Part shown: piece by piece, positions 1 to 10,171 of the stretch
Numbering within the stretch: position 1 is the first letter of the stretch
How the letters are laid out: the number at the start of each line of letters is the position of its first letter
Assembly: GCA_016840165.1 (NCBI GenBank)
Contig: JAEOSU010000068.1
Location: 1-43,347 of the forward strand
Origin: Promethearchaeota archaeon
GTDB taxonomy: Archaea; Asgardarchaeota; Lokiarchaeia; Sigyniarchaeales; SOKP01
Reading direction: 5' to 3'
DNA length: 43,347 bases
The notes under the pieces: generated by a model
Databases searched by the model: none
Seen by the model: only the letters and a program-made list of their open reading frames with translations
Told to the model about the DNA's origin: nothing
Position numbers and translations under genes: made by a program

Positions 1-985
1 CCTTTTGCTCCTATTCCCAGTTCATCCAAGCGAATTGCACGTCAGCACTGGTGCAGACCTCCATCGTCCTTTCGAACGACTTCATCTTGACCAGGAATAG
101 ATCGACCGGCTTCGGGTATTATAGCAGGGACTTTTGGCCCTTTAAGACCATTCCTCTGGCCTAATCCCTTAGAAGGATTCATTATATCCTTTTGGAGTGG
201 CAGAACCACCCCTGAGTATATAAATCTTCCTAATGTGCTAATTAGGTTGCAGGAATATCGGTTTCCCTTTGCCTACATGTTGATAAACACTTAAGCTCGC
301 CACTACTATAAACTCCCTGGCCAATGATTCCAGACTGATGATGCAACCCTAGTCCTCTGGACTCTGATATTCTGTCACCAGAACCCATTCGTCCAGAATC
401 TGTCCTTTCAGGCTGCATCCTTAATAAGCTATTTGGTTTCAAGCGCTTTTCACGACCCTTCCGGGTTTCTTTTCATCTTTTGCTCACGCTACTATTGCAC
501 TATCGGTCTTGGGGTATATTTAGATTTACCAGCGTGTATCTGGTTTATTCATACGAGAAAACCATCCCGCATTACTCGGGAACGCTCGCAGCAGCCTTTC
601 AAATTACGGTTACGCGGCTATCACGCTCTATGGCCCGGCATTTCAGAGGTATTCACCTTCTTTGGGGCGGCCGTACGAGGTCCTCACACCACATTTCCAC
701 TAGGTTTCCCTAGGGATTCGGTTTGATCTATTCCGCTTTCGCTCGCCGTTACTCACGGAATCACTATTGTTTTCTTTTCCTCCTGGTACTAAAATGTTTT
801 ACTTCCCAGGGTTCCCTTTCCCTATAGGGAATCTTGCGGATTATTAGGCCGCAAGTGGATGTCCAATTCGAGAATCTCGGGGTCAATGTCTACATGCGAC
901 TAACCCGAGCTTATCGCAGCTTGTTACGCTCTTCATCGGTACCCAAGCCAAGATATCCACCAAATAGCGTAGGCGTTTTGGCGTC
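1..985 (-). rRNA. rrl: 23S rRNA, 5' ~1 kb (runs off the left edge; 5' end approximate)
   Basis: Reverse complements of conserved LSU motifs: cggtttccc, cactatcggtc, ttcgctcgccgttact, ttcccagggttccc, cttatcgcagc...cttcatcgg...atccacc. Much higher GC than the flanks. Confidence 0.97.
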
Positions 986-1518
986 TACTCAAGGAAAGAT
1001 TCAGATTGCTTGTATTAAGGCATCTTAATTCGGAGACAATAAGAAATTATAATATATTTATGAGACGAATTATTGAAAATTATTTCAATAAAGAGGGAGT
1101 ATGTTCCTATGAACACAAATTTAACGTGTTTGGCTTGGAAATCTTAAAACAACCAAAGTGATGGTCATTTTAAGCACTTACGTCCTGTAGCATGAGATAT
1201 TAAGATTTTTATTATTCATGTACTTCAGTAAGGCCGTTGCCAGTCATTGGTGATACATCATCGAAAATTGATGAGATAAGTTTCTCAACCAATAACTTGT
1301 CGAAAGAATTAAGGTTTGTTCAAAAGATACTAAAATTCAATCGACAAAATATTAAAATTTTTACTTAATTAAAAATTTTATGGTATGAATTCTTTTGCTT
1401 TATTTACGCTTTATTAAGATATATAAGCGATAATCAATTGGAGTCTCTTCTAACAAATAGAATAATCTTTAAAGTTTAAGTATGAATAGAATAAATTAAT
1501 AATTGAATAAGAAAAAAA

Positions 1519-2388
1519 ATGGCGTTAGATGTATTAATTGGGACTTCTGGATGGAGTTATGATGAGTGGATAGGTCCATTTTATCCAAAAGGTTTACGAA
1601 AAGAAGATTTTCTTACGTATTATTCTCAGGTTTTTTATACTAATGAAATAAATACCACATTCTATAATATTCCTTCTATTAATATCGTTAGAAATTGGGT
1701 TAAGAAAACCCCAGAGAAGTTTAGATTTTGTGCAAAAATTCCAAAGGCTATCACCCATGATGCAAAACTTGAATTAAACAGATGTTTGAAGTCATTAGAT
1801 TCTTTTTTGAAAGCAATGCAACCATTAATGAGTTCTGGAAAACTACTCGCTTTTTTAGTTCAATTACCGCCATTCTTTAAAAAAGAAGAAAATTTAGCTG
1901 ACTTAAAAGATTTTATTGAAGAATGGCCGTTAGATTATAAACATGATGAACCCTATTTAGTTATAGAATTTAGAGATTTATCTTGGATGGAAGAGGAAGT
2001 GTTTAATTATCTCAAAAAGAAAAAATTAACTTATTGTGCTGTAATCGAGCCGTTGTTACCTCCAAGGATGGATATCACCAATAAAGATTTTAGCTATATA
2101 AGATTTCATGGATATGGTAAAAATCCATGGTTTGATTATGATTTTAATGAAGAAGAAATAAAGAAATGGGCACTAAAAGTAAAAAATATGATCAATAATT
2201 CTAATAAAATCGGAATTTATTTTAATAATCATTTTTCTGGCTATGCGGTCAAGAATTCACTTATGATGATGAGGGAGTTAAAAATTAAACCTAAGAATTA
2301 TCCTGAGGATATAGATTTATTAAATATTCAAAAAAAGACAGGAGTTTATTCAAAAGATCAAAAGGGTTTAGATGATTTTTTAAAATAA
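1519..2388 (+). CDS. DUF72 (YecE/YunF, UPF0759) family protein
   Basis: IGTSGWSY..W.G.FYP, EINTTFY.IP, LVQLPP.F, IEFR..SW, YIRFHG, YFNNH motifs. Confidence 0.92.
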   Translation: MALDVLIGTSGWSYDEWIGPFYPKGLRKEDFLTYYSQVFYTNEINTTFYNIPSINIVRNWVKKTPEKFRFCAKIPKAITHDAKLELNRCLKSLDSFLKAMQPLMSSGKLLAFLVQLPPFFKKEENLADLKDFIEEWPLDYKHDEPYLVIEFRDLSWMEEEVFNYLKKKKLTYCAVIEPLLPPRMDITNKDFSYIRFHGYGKNPWFDYDFNEEEIKKWALKVKNMINNSNKIGIYFNNHFSGYAVKNSLMMMRELKIKPKNYPEDIDLLNIQKKTGVYSKDQKGLDDFLK

Positions 2389-2417
2389 AATAAATAAAAT
2401 TAAAAAATTTTTTAGTT

Positions 2418-3392
2418 ATGATAAAGTTTGGATTCATCGGTGCTGGGGCTATTGGGAGCTTATTCGGGGGATATCTTGCGAATATAAAAGAGAAAGAAAT
2501 GGATATAAGTCTTTTTTGCTCTCATGATCATGCTATTACTATTAAAAATCATGGTCTTAAAATTAAGTCCGAGAATGGAATTATAACTTTAAAGAATTTA
2601 AATATATATGACAGAACTAATAAAAAGCCATTTATGAAGAACCTTGATTTTGATTATCTCATTTTAACAACAAAAACATATGATACAAAAAGAGCAATAA
2701 ATCAATACTTAGACATAATTAAAAAAAGTAAGTGGTTTGTAATTTTACAGAATGGTCTTGGAAATGAAGAAATAATTCAACCATATGTTAAGAAAGAGAA
2801 AATTATGAGAATTGTAACTTCTCATGGCGCAATTTTAACTCAACCGGGTCATGTGACTCATACTGGAAAAGGTTTTACATATATTGGTTTTCCATATTTA
2901 AGATCCGTTGAAACTGAGCTTGATTTACGTCAAGATATCCTATTAAGTCTGGAACGTTTAAATTTTCTCTTAAATCTAGCAGGTTTTAATTCTAAAATTG
3001 AACTTGATATTTTAACACGCGTATGGCAAAAGGCAATAGTTAATATTGGAATTAATGCAATTGGGGCTCTAACTCATTTAAATAATGGAAAACTTATTGG
3101 TAATGAAGGTTTGAGGGAGTTAATGGAGGAGGCTGTCATAGAAGCTTTTGAAGTTGGAAGTAAAATGAATATATCCTTATCCAAAGATGATTGTATATCT
3201 CTTACATATTCGGTTGCTAATAAGACATATAATAATAAGAATTCGATGCTACAAGATATATTAAATGGAAAACGGACAGAAATTGATTATCTAAATGGAA
3301 AAGTTGTTGATTTAGCAAAGAAATATGGAATTAAAGTGGCAGTAAACAAAGTTTTAACGAATTTAATAAAAGGATTAGAAATTGGATTATGA
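2418..3392 (+). CDS. panE: 2-dehydropantoate 2-reductase (ketopantoate reductase)
   Basis: GAGAIG Rossmann motif, TTKTYD, LQNGLGNE, W.K..VN..IN, SMLQD...GKRTEIDYLNG. Confidence 0.93.
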   Translation: MIKFGFIGAGAIGSLFGGYLANIKEKEMDISLFCSHDHAITIKNHGLKIKSENGIITLKNLNIYDRTNKKPFMKNLDFDYLILTTKTYDTKRAINQYLDIIKKSKWFVILQNGLGNEEIIQPYVKKEKIMRIVTSHGAILTQPGHVTHTGKGFTYIGFPYLRSVETELDLRQDILLSLERLNFLLNLAGFNSKIELDILTRVWQKAIVNIGINAIGALTHLNNGKLIGNEGLRELMEEAVIEAFEVGSKMNISLSKDDCISLTYSVANKTYNNKNSMLQDILNGKRTEIDYLNGKVVDLAKKYGIKVAVNKVLTNLIKGLEIGL

Positions 3393-3920
3393 TTTCTTGA
3401 CTTTTAAAGTCATATAATAGGCATTTTCTCCGTCACGATAATATTTGCTTTTAATAATTTGAGTGTTAAATTTAAATTTCTTATAGAGACCAATAGCCGT
3501 ATAATTGCTTACTCTTACTTCTAAAACATATTCATCAATGCTATTTTTTTTTATCTTTTCCATTGACTTTTTTAGCAAGGAAGAGGCAATCCCCCGTTTC
3601 CGATATTTTTTGGATACTGCGATTGAAACTAAATGACCTTTATTCTCTAATTTTAGATTATCAAGGGAGGGTATCTTTTCTACTCTCCACATTATATATC
3701 CAATCACTTTTCCTTTATTATTACAAGCAACTAAAAAAGATTCTGGGTAATTATCTAGAATACTCTTATAAAAGAAGTAAGGATAATCTTCTGGTAATTC
3801 TTTTTCGTTTACTCGGATAACTCCTTCTAGGTCTTCCAAAATACATCGCCTTATTGTAATTGGATCGTTTTTCTCGAACAAATGGTAAAAGTTGGTTCTT
3901 GTGTCTTTATCAGTACCCAT
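3387..3920 (-). CDS. ard1: Archaeal N-terminal protein acetyltransferase (Ard1/NAA10/RimI-like GNAT)
   Basis: LPEDYP, GHLVSIAV...YRKRGIA, LEVRVSN..AI.LY, YYRDGENAY.M. Confidence 0.9.
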   Translation of the reverse strand: MGTDKDTRTNFYHLFEKNDPITIRRCILEDLEGVIRVNEKELPEDYPYFFYKSILDNYPESFLVACNNKGKVIGYIMWRVEKIPSLDNLKLENKGHLVSIAVSKKYRKRGIASSLLKKSMEKIKKNSIDEYVLEVRVSNYTAIGLYKKFKFNTQIIKSKYYRDGENAYYMTLKVKKS

Positions 3921-4027
3921 TTTAATTTTCGATATTAGTATATTTACATCAAATTAATGATTTGAATATATAAAAATTATTTTATGTGTTTTTAAGCTTT
4001 ATTAAAGCGTAAATTTATAGCTAAAAA

Positions 4028-4831
4028 TCAATTCTTCACAATTTCAAATGCTTTTCTTTTTTGAGATTTAATATATTTAATAATAAAATTCAATGCTGTT
4101 TGAATAGTTTTTTGATTATTATATTTTACTAAAATTTTGGTCAAGAATGACTGGTCTTTATGCCTCATTTCTTTACTAAACTTTATCATTTTTGGTAAAG
4201 CTCTAACAATGTTGTCTATTATAGTTATATCAGCCCAAATTGAAGTTCTACTTAATGGATTTAGATCAATTGCAATAACTTTTTTACCCAATTTTTTAAG
4301 AGCCTCTGTTCTATCACCATCTTCAAGTGGAACAAATACCACATCTGCTGAATAAATACCATCTGGATCTACCCTTCTACGATTACTAGATAGTTCCTTA
4401 ATTTCAATCATTTTATCCTCTTCAATTCCTAAGATTTCTAATGCCCCCTCTCTTTTCAATAATTTTTGTATAGCTTTAATTCTACCCTCTTTACCATAAA
4501 AAAGATTGATTTCAAGCGGTGCTTTTGTATATTGGGAAAGCTTAACTAACTCTTTTGCACATAAGGCAGCAGAATTACCATTTACACTTATAATAGGCTT
4601 TTTTGCTAAAAGTAATAAGGCTACAGCTGCTTCAATTGCATTCTTAGCAAAAACATTAGTTTTCTCTCCCAAAATATAATCAAAACACTCTCCTCGACCG
4701 TGAGCGATCAAACCCGCTTCTGTCACCACTAAATTCTGCAGTCCTTCAATAATTTTATGCCTATGTTTTAGGCTAAGATATCGAGGATGATCAATTGGTA
4801 CGTCTTCAACTTGTTTTTCATTCGAATTCAT
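4028..4831 (-). CDS. pps: 4-phosphopantoate--beta-alanine ligase (phosphopantothenate synthetase)
   Basis: HPRY.SL..R, GLIAHGRGE.FDYILGE, SVNGN.AAL, VPLEDGDRTEAL, IDLNPLSRT. Confidence 0.95.
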   Translation of the reverse strand: MNSNEKQVEDVPIDHPRYLSLKHRHKIIEGLQNLVVTEAGLIAHGRGECFDYILGEKTNVFAKNAIEAAVALLLLAKKPIISVNGNSAALCAKELVKLSQYTKAPLEINLFYGKEGRIKAIQKLLKREGALEILGIEEDKMIEIKELSSNRRRVDPDGIYSADVVFVPLEDGDRTEALKKLGKKVIAIDLNPLSRTSIWADITIIDNIVRALPKMIKFSKEMRHKDQSFLTKILVKYNNQKTIQTALNFIIKYIKSQKRKAFEIVKN

Positions 4832-4924
4832 TAAATAAATATTAACTATTATAGTTGTTTTTATAATTGAGAATAAAGAAAAACTATTAATCTTTTGGTT
4901 CTTTTATCACCGATGTTGATTGAA

Positions 4925-6199
4925 ATGGAAAAAGATAAACACAAAAAAAGCAATGATTTAAAGATTTTTCGCACAAAGCAATTATTAGAAGAATTAAGAT
5001 CTAAAAAAGGATTTCACACAGAGTTAGTTTCGTTATATATTCCTCATGATCGTAAGATTTCAGATATTACTAATCATTTAAAAAATGAAATTAGTGAAAG
5101 TCAGAATATAAAATCAAAATTAACAAGAAAAAATGTATTAGATAGCATCTCAAGTCTGTTAGGACAACTTAAAAACATTGATGATGTTCCTGAAAATGGA
5201 TTAGTTATGTTTTCTGGAGCAATACCTCAAAGTAATACCGCCGGCACAGAGAAAAATGAGCTATATATTGTAGATCCTCCCGAACCTGTACAAACATTCC
5301 GCTATCATTGCGCAAGCGAGTTCTTATTATGGCCTTTGGAAGATATGTTAGAAGCAAAAGAGACATACGGCCTTTTAGTTATTGGAAGACAAGAATCTGC
5401 TGTTGGTTACGTTAAGGGAAATCATGTTGAGGTAGTGAGAGAGTTTACTTCAGGTATTCATGGAAAACATCGTGCAGGTGGACAATCTCAGAGAAGATAT
5501 GAAAGACTTATAGAAGAGGGAGAAAAACAATTTTATAGAAGGATTTCCGATGAGGTTAATGAACTATTTCTATCAATAGAGGATTTACAAGGCATCTTTA
5601 TCGGTGGCCCTGGCCCTTCTAAAGAGAAATTTTATAATGATGAAAGTTTAGATTATCGCTTGAGAGAGAAGATTTTAGATGTTGTAGACCTAGGATATGG
5701 AGGATCTGAAGGGATTCGCGCTTTAATAGAAAAGGTTAAAGATAAAATTGAGAATGTAAAATATATCCGAGAAAAGCAAGTTGTCCAACGCTTCATGAAA
5801 GAAATTTCAAATGATACGGGATTAGCTACATATGGATTAGAAGAAGTACAAAAAGCTCTAAATTATGGTGCAGTTGATACTTTAATACTCTCTGAAAATT
5901 TAGATACTTATAAATTTGTCGTTCAATGTTCGAATTGCGATTTTCAAGAAGTTCACACCTCGAAATTAATGAATATTGCTGATTTAGAATCAGAGTTACA
6001 AGAGCAAAATTGCCCTGACTGCGGATCTAATGCATTCAATATAGTTAAGAAGATCTCACTGATTGAAGAGTTAGGAGAGACGGCAGAATCAACTGGCTCT
6101 GATGTTGAGATCATTTCCTCGCAAACGGAGGAAGGGGAAATGTTATATAGCACTTTTGGTGGAATAGTTGCAATATTGCGCTATAAAATAAATTATTAA
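4925..6199 (+). CDS. prf1: Peptide chain release factor aRF1 (ATG at 4925 preferred over TTG at 4895)
   Basis: NIKS, YxCxxxF (YHCASEF), GGQS.RRY, GGPG, Zn-finger insert in domain 3, FGGIVAILRY. Confidence 0.97.
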   Translation: MEKDKHKKSNDLKIFRTKQLLEELRSKKGFHTELVSLYIPHDRKISDITNHLKNEISESQNIKSKLTRKNVLDSISSLLGQLKNIDDVPENGLVMFSGAIPQSNTAGTEKNELYIVDPPEPVQTFRYHCASEFLLWPLEDMLEAKETYGLLVIGRQESAVGYVKGNHVEVVREFTSGIHGKHRAGGQSQRRYERLIEEGEKQFYRRISDEVNELFLSIEDLQGIFIGGPGPSKEKFYNDESLDYRLREKILDVVDLGYGGSEGIRALIEKVKDKIENVKYIREKQVVQRFMKEISNDTGLATYGLEEVQKALNYGAVDTLILSENLDTYKFVVQCSNCDFQEVHTSKLMNIADLESELQEQNCPDCGSNAFNIVKKISLIEELGETAESTGSDVEIISSQTEEGEMLYSTFGGIVAILRYKINY

Positions 6200-6219
6200 T
6201 TTTTAAAAGTATATTAAAT

Positions 6220-7224
6220 GTGATTTTCATGAAAGACTTATTGTTAAATTTACAATTTTTATTCTTTGGGGGAAAAGGAGGTGTTGGTAAAACAACCTGT
6301 GCTATGAGTTGCGCAATTTGGGCAGCTGAACATGGGAGGAATACTTTAATAATAAGTACTGACCCCGCCCATTCTTTAGGAGATAGTTTGGGTATTAATC
6401 TAAAGCTTGGTGAATTAACTCCAATAGAGGAGATCCAAAAACTCACAGCATTAGAAATTGACCCTCAAAAAAAGATTACAGAACTAAAGGATATTGCAGA
6501 TATGAATCCTATAAAGGAAATGGGAATGGGGGGTATGATGGGTGAGATGGTTCAAGGAATGTTTGAGGGTATGATAGGAGATAATGAACAAGAAAATCCC
6601 TTAAATCCACCGGGAATTGATGAAACTTTAGCATTTGGAAAAGTATTGGAATATATTGAGACAAATCACGAGTTTGATCTGATTATCTTTGATACTGCTC
6701 CAACAGGACACACTTTAAGGCTTTTAGGCTTACCAGAAACTCTTTCTAGTTGGATTGGTCGAATATTAAAATTGCGACTAAGATTAGGAAAATTTTTTGG
6801 AAAATTCAAAAGCTTGTTTGGTGGTGAGAATACCCAATCAGATAATTCTCTTGAAGTTTTAGAGAGAATGAATGATTCTATCCTAAGAGCGAGAGAGGAT
6901 TTAACAGATTCAAAGAAAAATTCTTTTGTGATTGTAATGATTCCGGAGGAAATGGCAATAGCAGAAACTGGGAGGTTGTTAAATGAGTTGATAAGATATA
7001 AAATTCCTAATTCCTTTATAATAGTGAATCAATGCTATGAAGATGAATCAGAATTATGTGCTTTCTGTAAATCAAGAAGAGAAATGCAGAAAAAAAATCT
7101 ACAAAAGATTACCAAGATTTTTAAAGATAAATTAGGAAAAGAAATAATCATAGCACCCTTATATAAAGATGAGATTAGAAAAATTGAGAGTCTAAAAGAA
7201 TTTGGAAAGCATTTAATTCATTAA
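6220..7224 (+). CDS. ArsA/GET3 (TRC40)-family ATPase
   Basis: GGKGGVGKTT, STDPAH, PGIDE, FDTAPTGHTLRLL, CxxC (CAFC), Met/Gly-rich insert. Start may be the nearby ATG at 6229. Confidence 0.92.
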   Translation: MIFMKDLLLNLQFLFFGGKGGVGKTTCAMSCAIWAAEHGRNTLIISTDPAHSLGDSLGINLKLGELTPIEEIQKLTALEIDPQKKITELKDIADMNPIKEMGMGGMMGEMVQGMFEGMIGDNEQENPLNPPGIDETLAFGKVLEYIETNHEFDLIIFDTAPTGHTLRLLGLPETLSSWIGRILKLRLRLGKFFGKFKSLFGGENTQSDNSLEVLERMNDSILRAREDLTDSKKNSFVIVMIPEEMAIAETGRLLNELIRYKIPNSFIIVNQCYEDESELCAFCKSRREMQKKNLQKITKIFKDKLGKEIIIAPLYKDEIRKIESLKEFGKHLIH

Positions 7225-7228
7225 TTAT

Positions 7229-8200
7229 TCAATTCTCAACTGTAGCCTTTAGGGTACAATATCTGCATAATTCATTGCTTCCAGAGGGATATCCGCATTT
7301 TTTACATAAACGATATGGGGTTTCTTTTTTTTTATAATAAATTAATTCAGAGAGTTCTAAGAAGCAGTTAAGGAGATTAAATTCAATTTCAGGGCTCATA
7401 TTCTTAGTTTCTTGAATGAATTTCAGTACTCTTTTTCTTAAGATGGGATCTTTCTCTCTATAAGGACAGTGTTTTGGATAATAATGAATATTTTTTAGAT
7501 TTATATACAATTCTAATTCATCTTCAGGTAGTCTCATTAAAGGAAAAATCTTATTGATAAAGAATTTACTTAGAACTTTTTGTTCCTTTCTGAAAGGATA
7601 TTGATTACCAATTAGCTCAACCCTCTTATAAAGAATATTCATTAAAAATGTTTCTGCGAAATCAGTGAGATTATGTCCTAAGGCTAATTTTGATCCCCCG
7701 AGTTCTTTCGCATAATCATTAAGTAATCTCCGTCGTATTGTGGCACAATAATTACATGCATACATATAATCATCGCTAGAATTTTTTTGGTTCACAATTT
7801 CGTTTAATGTTAAGCCAAATTCATGTTTAAATGAAATTATATGATGCTCAATAGCAAACTTTTTGCAGAATTCTTTAGCAATATTAATACTTTGATCTCG
7901 ATATCCTTCAATACCTTCATCAATAGTGAGCGCGATTAAATCTTTTGAATTATATGTTTCTTGCTGAATTCGAATTAAATTATATAATAGGGCGGTAGAG
8001 TCTTTTCCTCCTGAAAAACCAATCACTATTAAGTCGTCAGGATTAAGCATGTTATATTTAGAGATGGTCCTATTTATGATTTTCTCGATACTTTTTATAA
8101 AGCAATCATTACATAGAAATTGGCCTGAGTGTTGTCTATATAAATTGGAACTCTTTCCACATAATGTACAGTTTTTTCTAATTGGAGATTGATGGTTCAT
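7229..8200 (-). CDS. tRNA 2-thiolation protein TtuA/Ncs6 (CTU1)-like
   Basis: N- and C-terminal Zn fingers, SGGKDS PP-loop, TIDEGI.GYR, CxxC..RR, GHN..D.AE, CPY. Confidence 0.88.
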   Translation of the reverse strand: MNHQSPIRKNCTLCGKSSNLYRQHSGQFLCNDCFIKSIEKIINRTISKYNMLNPDDLIVIGFSGGKDSTALLYNLIRIQQETYNSKDLIALTIDEGIEGYRDQSINIAKEFCKKFAIEHHIISFKHEFGLTLNEIVNQKNSSDDYMYACNYCATIRRRLLNDYAKELGGSKLALGHNLTDFAETFLMNILYKRVELIGNQYPFRKEQKVLSKFFINKIFPLMRLPEDELELYINLKNIHYYPKHCPYREKDPILRKRVLKFIQETKNMSPEIEFNLLNCFLELSELIYYKKKETPYRLCKKCGYPSGSNELCRYCTLKATVEN

Positions 8201-8228
8201 TTGAATCTATTTCACTTTTAGGTTTATA

Positions 8229-10070
8229 TTAAATCCAGAAGAGATTGAATCCAAAGTTAATAAAAGACAAAATAAAGTTTGCTACAATCAGACCTAAAGA
8301 TAGGAATCTTATAAAATACAAAATTGGCTTTTTCTTTCTGTTATTTTCATCATATAAATATTCATAAGTAATTTCAAATGTGGTATTTTCTTCAATTTTA
8401 GTATCTTCGGGAAGCTTAATCGATACTGTGTCAAAATTTCCATCACCAATGGTATCGATTAACTCATAATTATTATTGCCAAGTAAAATCTCACTCCTTT
8501 TCTTATTATCTGCTTTTACTTTTAAAAAGATTTTAATTGATTCCACGCTTTCTACCCTGTAATCGGGTAAATGACAATCAGTATCATCACCTCTGTATAT
8601 AAAATTCTGTGTTCTCTTTCTTTTAGTTTTTCCATATTTTTCTCCGAAAATCCAACTTATAATTCCTTTTACAATTCTATCACCATCAAATCCGGGAATT
8701 GGCATCACATTAAAAATTGTAAGACTGAAAGATATTATAAATAACCATATAATTTCTATTTGCCAGAAATCTGCCCAGTTTGCGGTAAAAAACTTGGCAA
8801 AATCATTTTTATAAAGCCAGAAGAGATTACTTTGTACTCCTACAAAAGTACCTATAACAGAAAGATTGATGATATAATTTATTCCAAGATCACTAGTCAA
8901 ATTTAAAAATTTTAAGTCAAAGATTGTCAAAAATTTTTCTAAAGTAGTTCCATTCGAGTAATTAATATCAGTGTCATTTATTTTGTTTATTATAATATTT
9001 ACTTGTTCTCTACTAGTGTAATTATATGTGATACGAATTGCATTATTCGATGCTTTCTCATATCTGATAGTTAAATTATAAATTGTCTCTGGAAAGAATT
9101 CCTTTTGAGTTTCATTAATTATATTATATCTTGGACCTAATATTATATTCTTTTCCAATTGAGTATCGCTAAATGGATTATATACTTTAAAGGTCAGATT
9201 TTCACCAACTGAGCACTTTAATGATGTTTTATTACCTAAAATAGTATCGAGAGTGATATTTTGAAGTTGATCTAAATACATATAATTATCATCGCTTTGA
9301 CCTTGCTTCTTTATCGCATCTATTGCATCTCCATATTCAAGAACACCATCATTAAAACCTCCTTCTTCAGTAGTAAGAACATTATAAATCTGAGGCACTT
9401 GTTTATAAAAGGGAGAGATTAGAAAAGGGTAACTAATTAGTAATAGAAATGCTATTCCGGCCGTTATTGCATTCACATAGGTCCCTGCTGAAGCTATTCT
9501 GAATCGAGTATTTCTATGAAATTTTGAAGAATTCAGTTCCCATTCATCGACCTCAACAAATGCTCCAAAACCCACAAGATAAAAAAATCCGGCCCCAAGT
9601 ACTCCTGTAGATTTAACTTCTACTCCATCAACGCTTGCAGAAATACCATGAGCAAATTCATGAGTTGTCATTACAAATAATAGAGGTAGTAACATATAAA
9701 AAAAAATAGGCAAACCAATGGTGACACCAGGTATAAGGGGAACAATTGCCTGCTCAATACTGGGAGCAATAATGAGATTCACTAAATTAGAAAAGAAAAA
9801 GTAGAAAGCATAAATGGTAAATCCAAAGGAAATAAAGATTCCAACGTTCCAAAAGATTCTCCAAAATTTTGGATTTTTACTCGCTATTTTATTAATTAAT
9901 CTATTAAGTCTTTTCGTTTTAAACATAGCAAGCAGGGGAAAAAAAAGATTATAGGCTGATTTTTTATTTCTTAATAAATAAACGGCTAAAAAAACAAAAA
10001 TCCAAAATATAGATGATAGAATAAACCAAGGATTTAGTAAAAATTCAATGAATAGTTCAAAAAAATTCAT
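8229..10070 (-). CDS. Site-2 protease (peptidase M50) with large inserted domains
   Basis: HEFAH (HExxH), GAFVE, AG..VN, FNVMPIPGFDG (NPDG motif), several hydrophobic segments. Confidence 0.92.
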   Translation of the reverse strand: MNFFELFIEFLLNPWFILSSIFWIFVFLAVYLLRNKKSAYNLFFPLLAMFKTKRLNRLINKIASKNPKFWRIFWNVGIFISFGFTIYAFYFFFSNLVNLIIAPSIEQAIVPLIPGVTIGLPIFFYMLLPLLFVMTTHEFAHGISASVDGVEVKSTGVLGAGFFYLVGFGAFVEVDEWELNSSKFHRNTRFRIASAGTYVNAITAGIAFLLLISYPFLISPFYKQVPQIYNVLTTEEGGFNDGVLEYGDAIDAIKKQGQSDDNYMYLDQLQNITLDTILGNKTSLKCSVGENLTFKVYNPFSDTQLEKNIILGPRYNIINETQKEFFPETIYNLTIRYEKASNNAIRITYNYTSREQVNIIINKINDTDINYSNGTTLEKFLTIFDLKFLNLTSDLGINYIINLSVIGTFVGVQSNLFWLYKNDFAKFFTANWADFWQIEIIWLFIISFSLTIFNVMPIPGFDGDRIVKGIISWIFGEKYGKTKRKRTQNFIYRGDDTDCHLPDYRVESVESIKIFLKVKADNKKRSEILLGNNNYELIDTIGDGNFDTVSIKLPEDTKIEENTTFEITYEYLYDENNRKKKPILYFIRFLSLGLIVANFILSFINFGFNLFWI

Positions 10071-10171
10071 TCTTTAGAAAAATTCCGTAATTAAAATATA
10101 CTATAATGAAACTAGTATCGAAATTAAGGTTAATTATTTTCTAAGAAGGGATATAATTCATTTATTGGATA

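Noticed and set aside
150-257. 23S insert as a BHB intron or homing-endonuclease element
   Set aside because: No ORF, no clear BHB at its base, and the position matches a known expansion site.
242-1028. Four ORFs in the track (242-442, 433-726, 480-713, 834-1028)
   Set aside because: They lie within or antisense to the 23S rRNA gene and are spurious.
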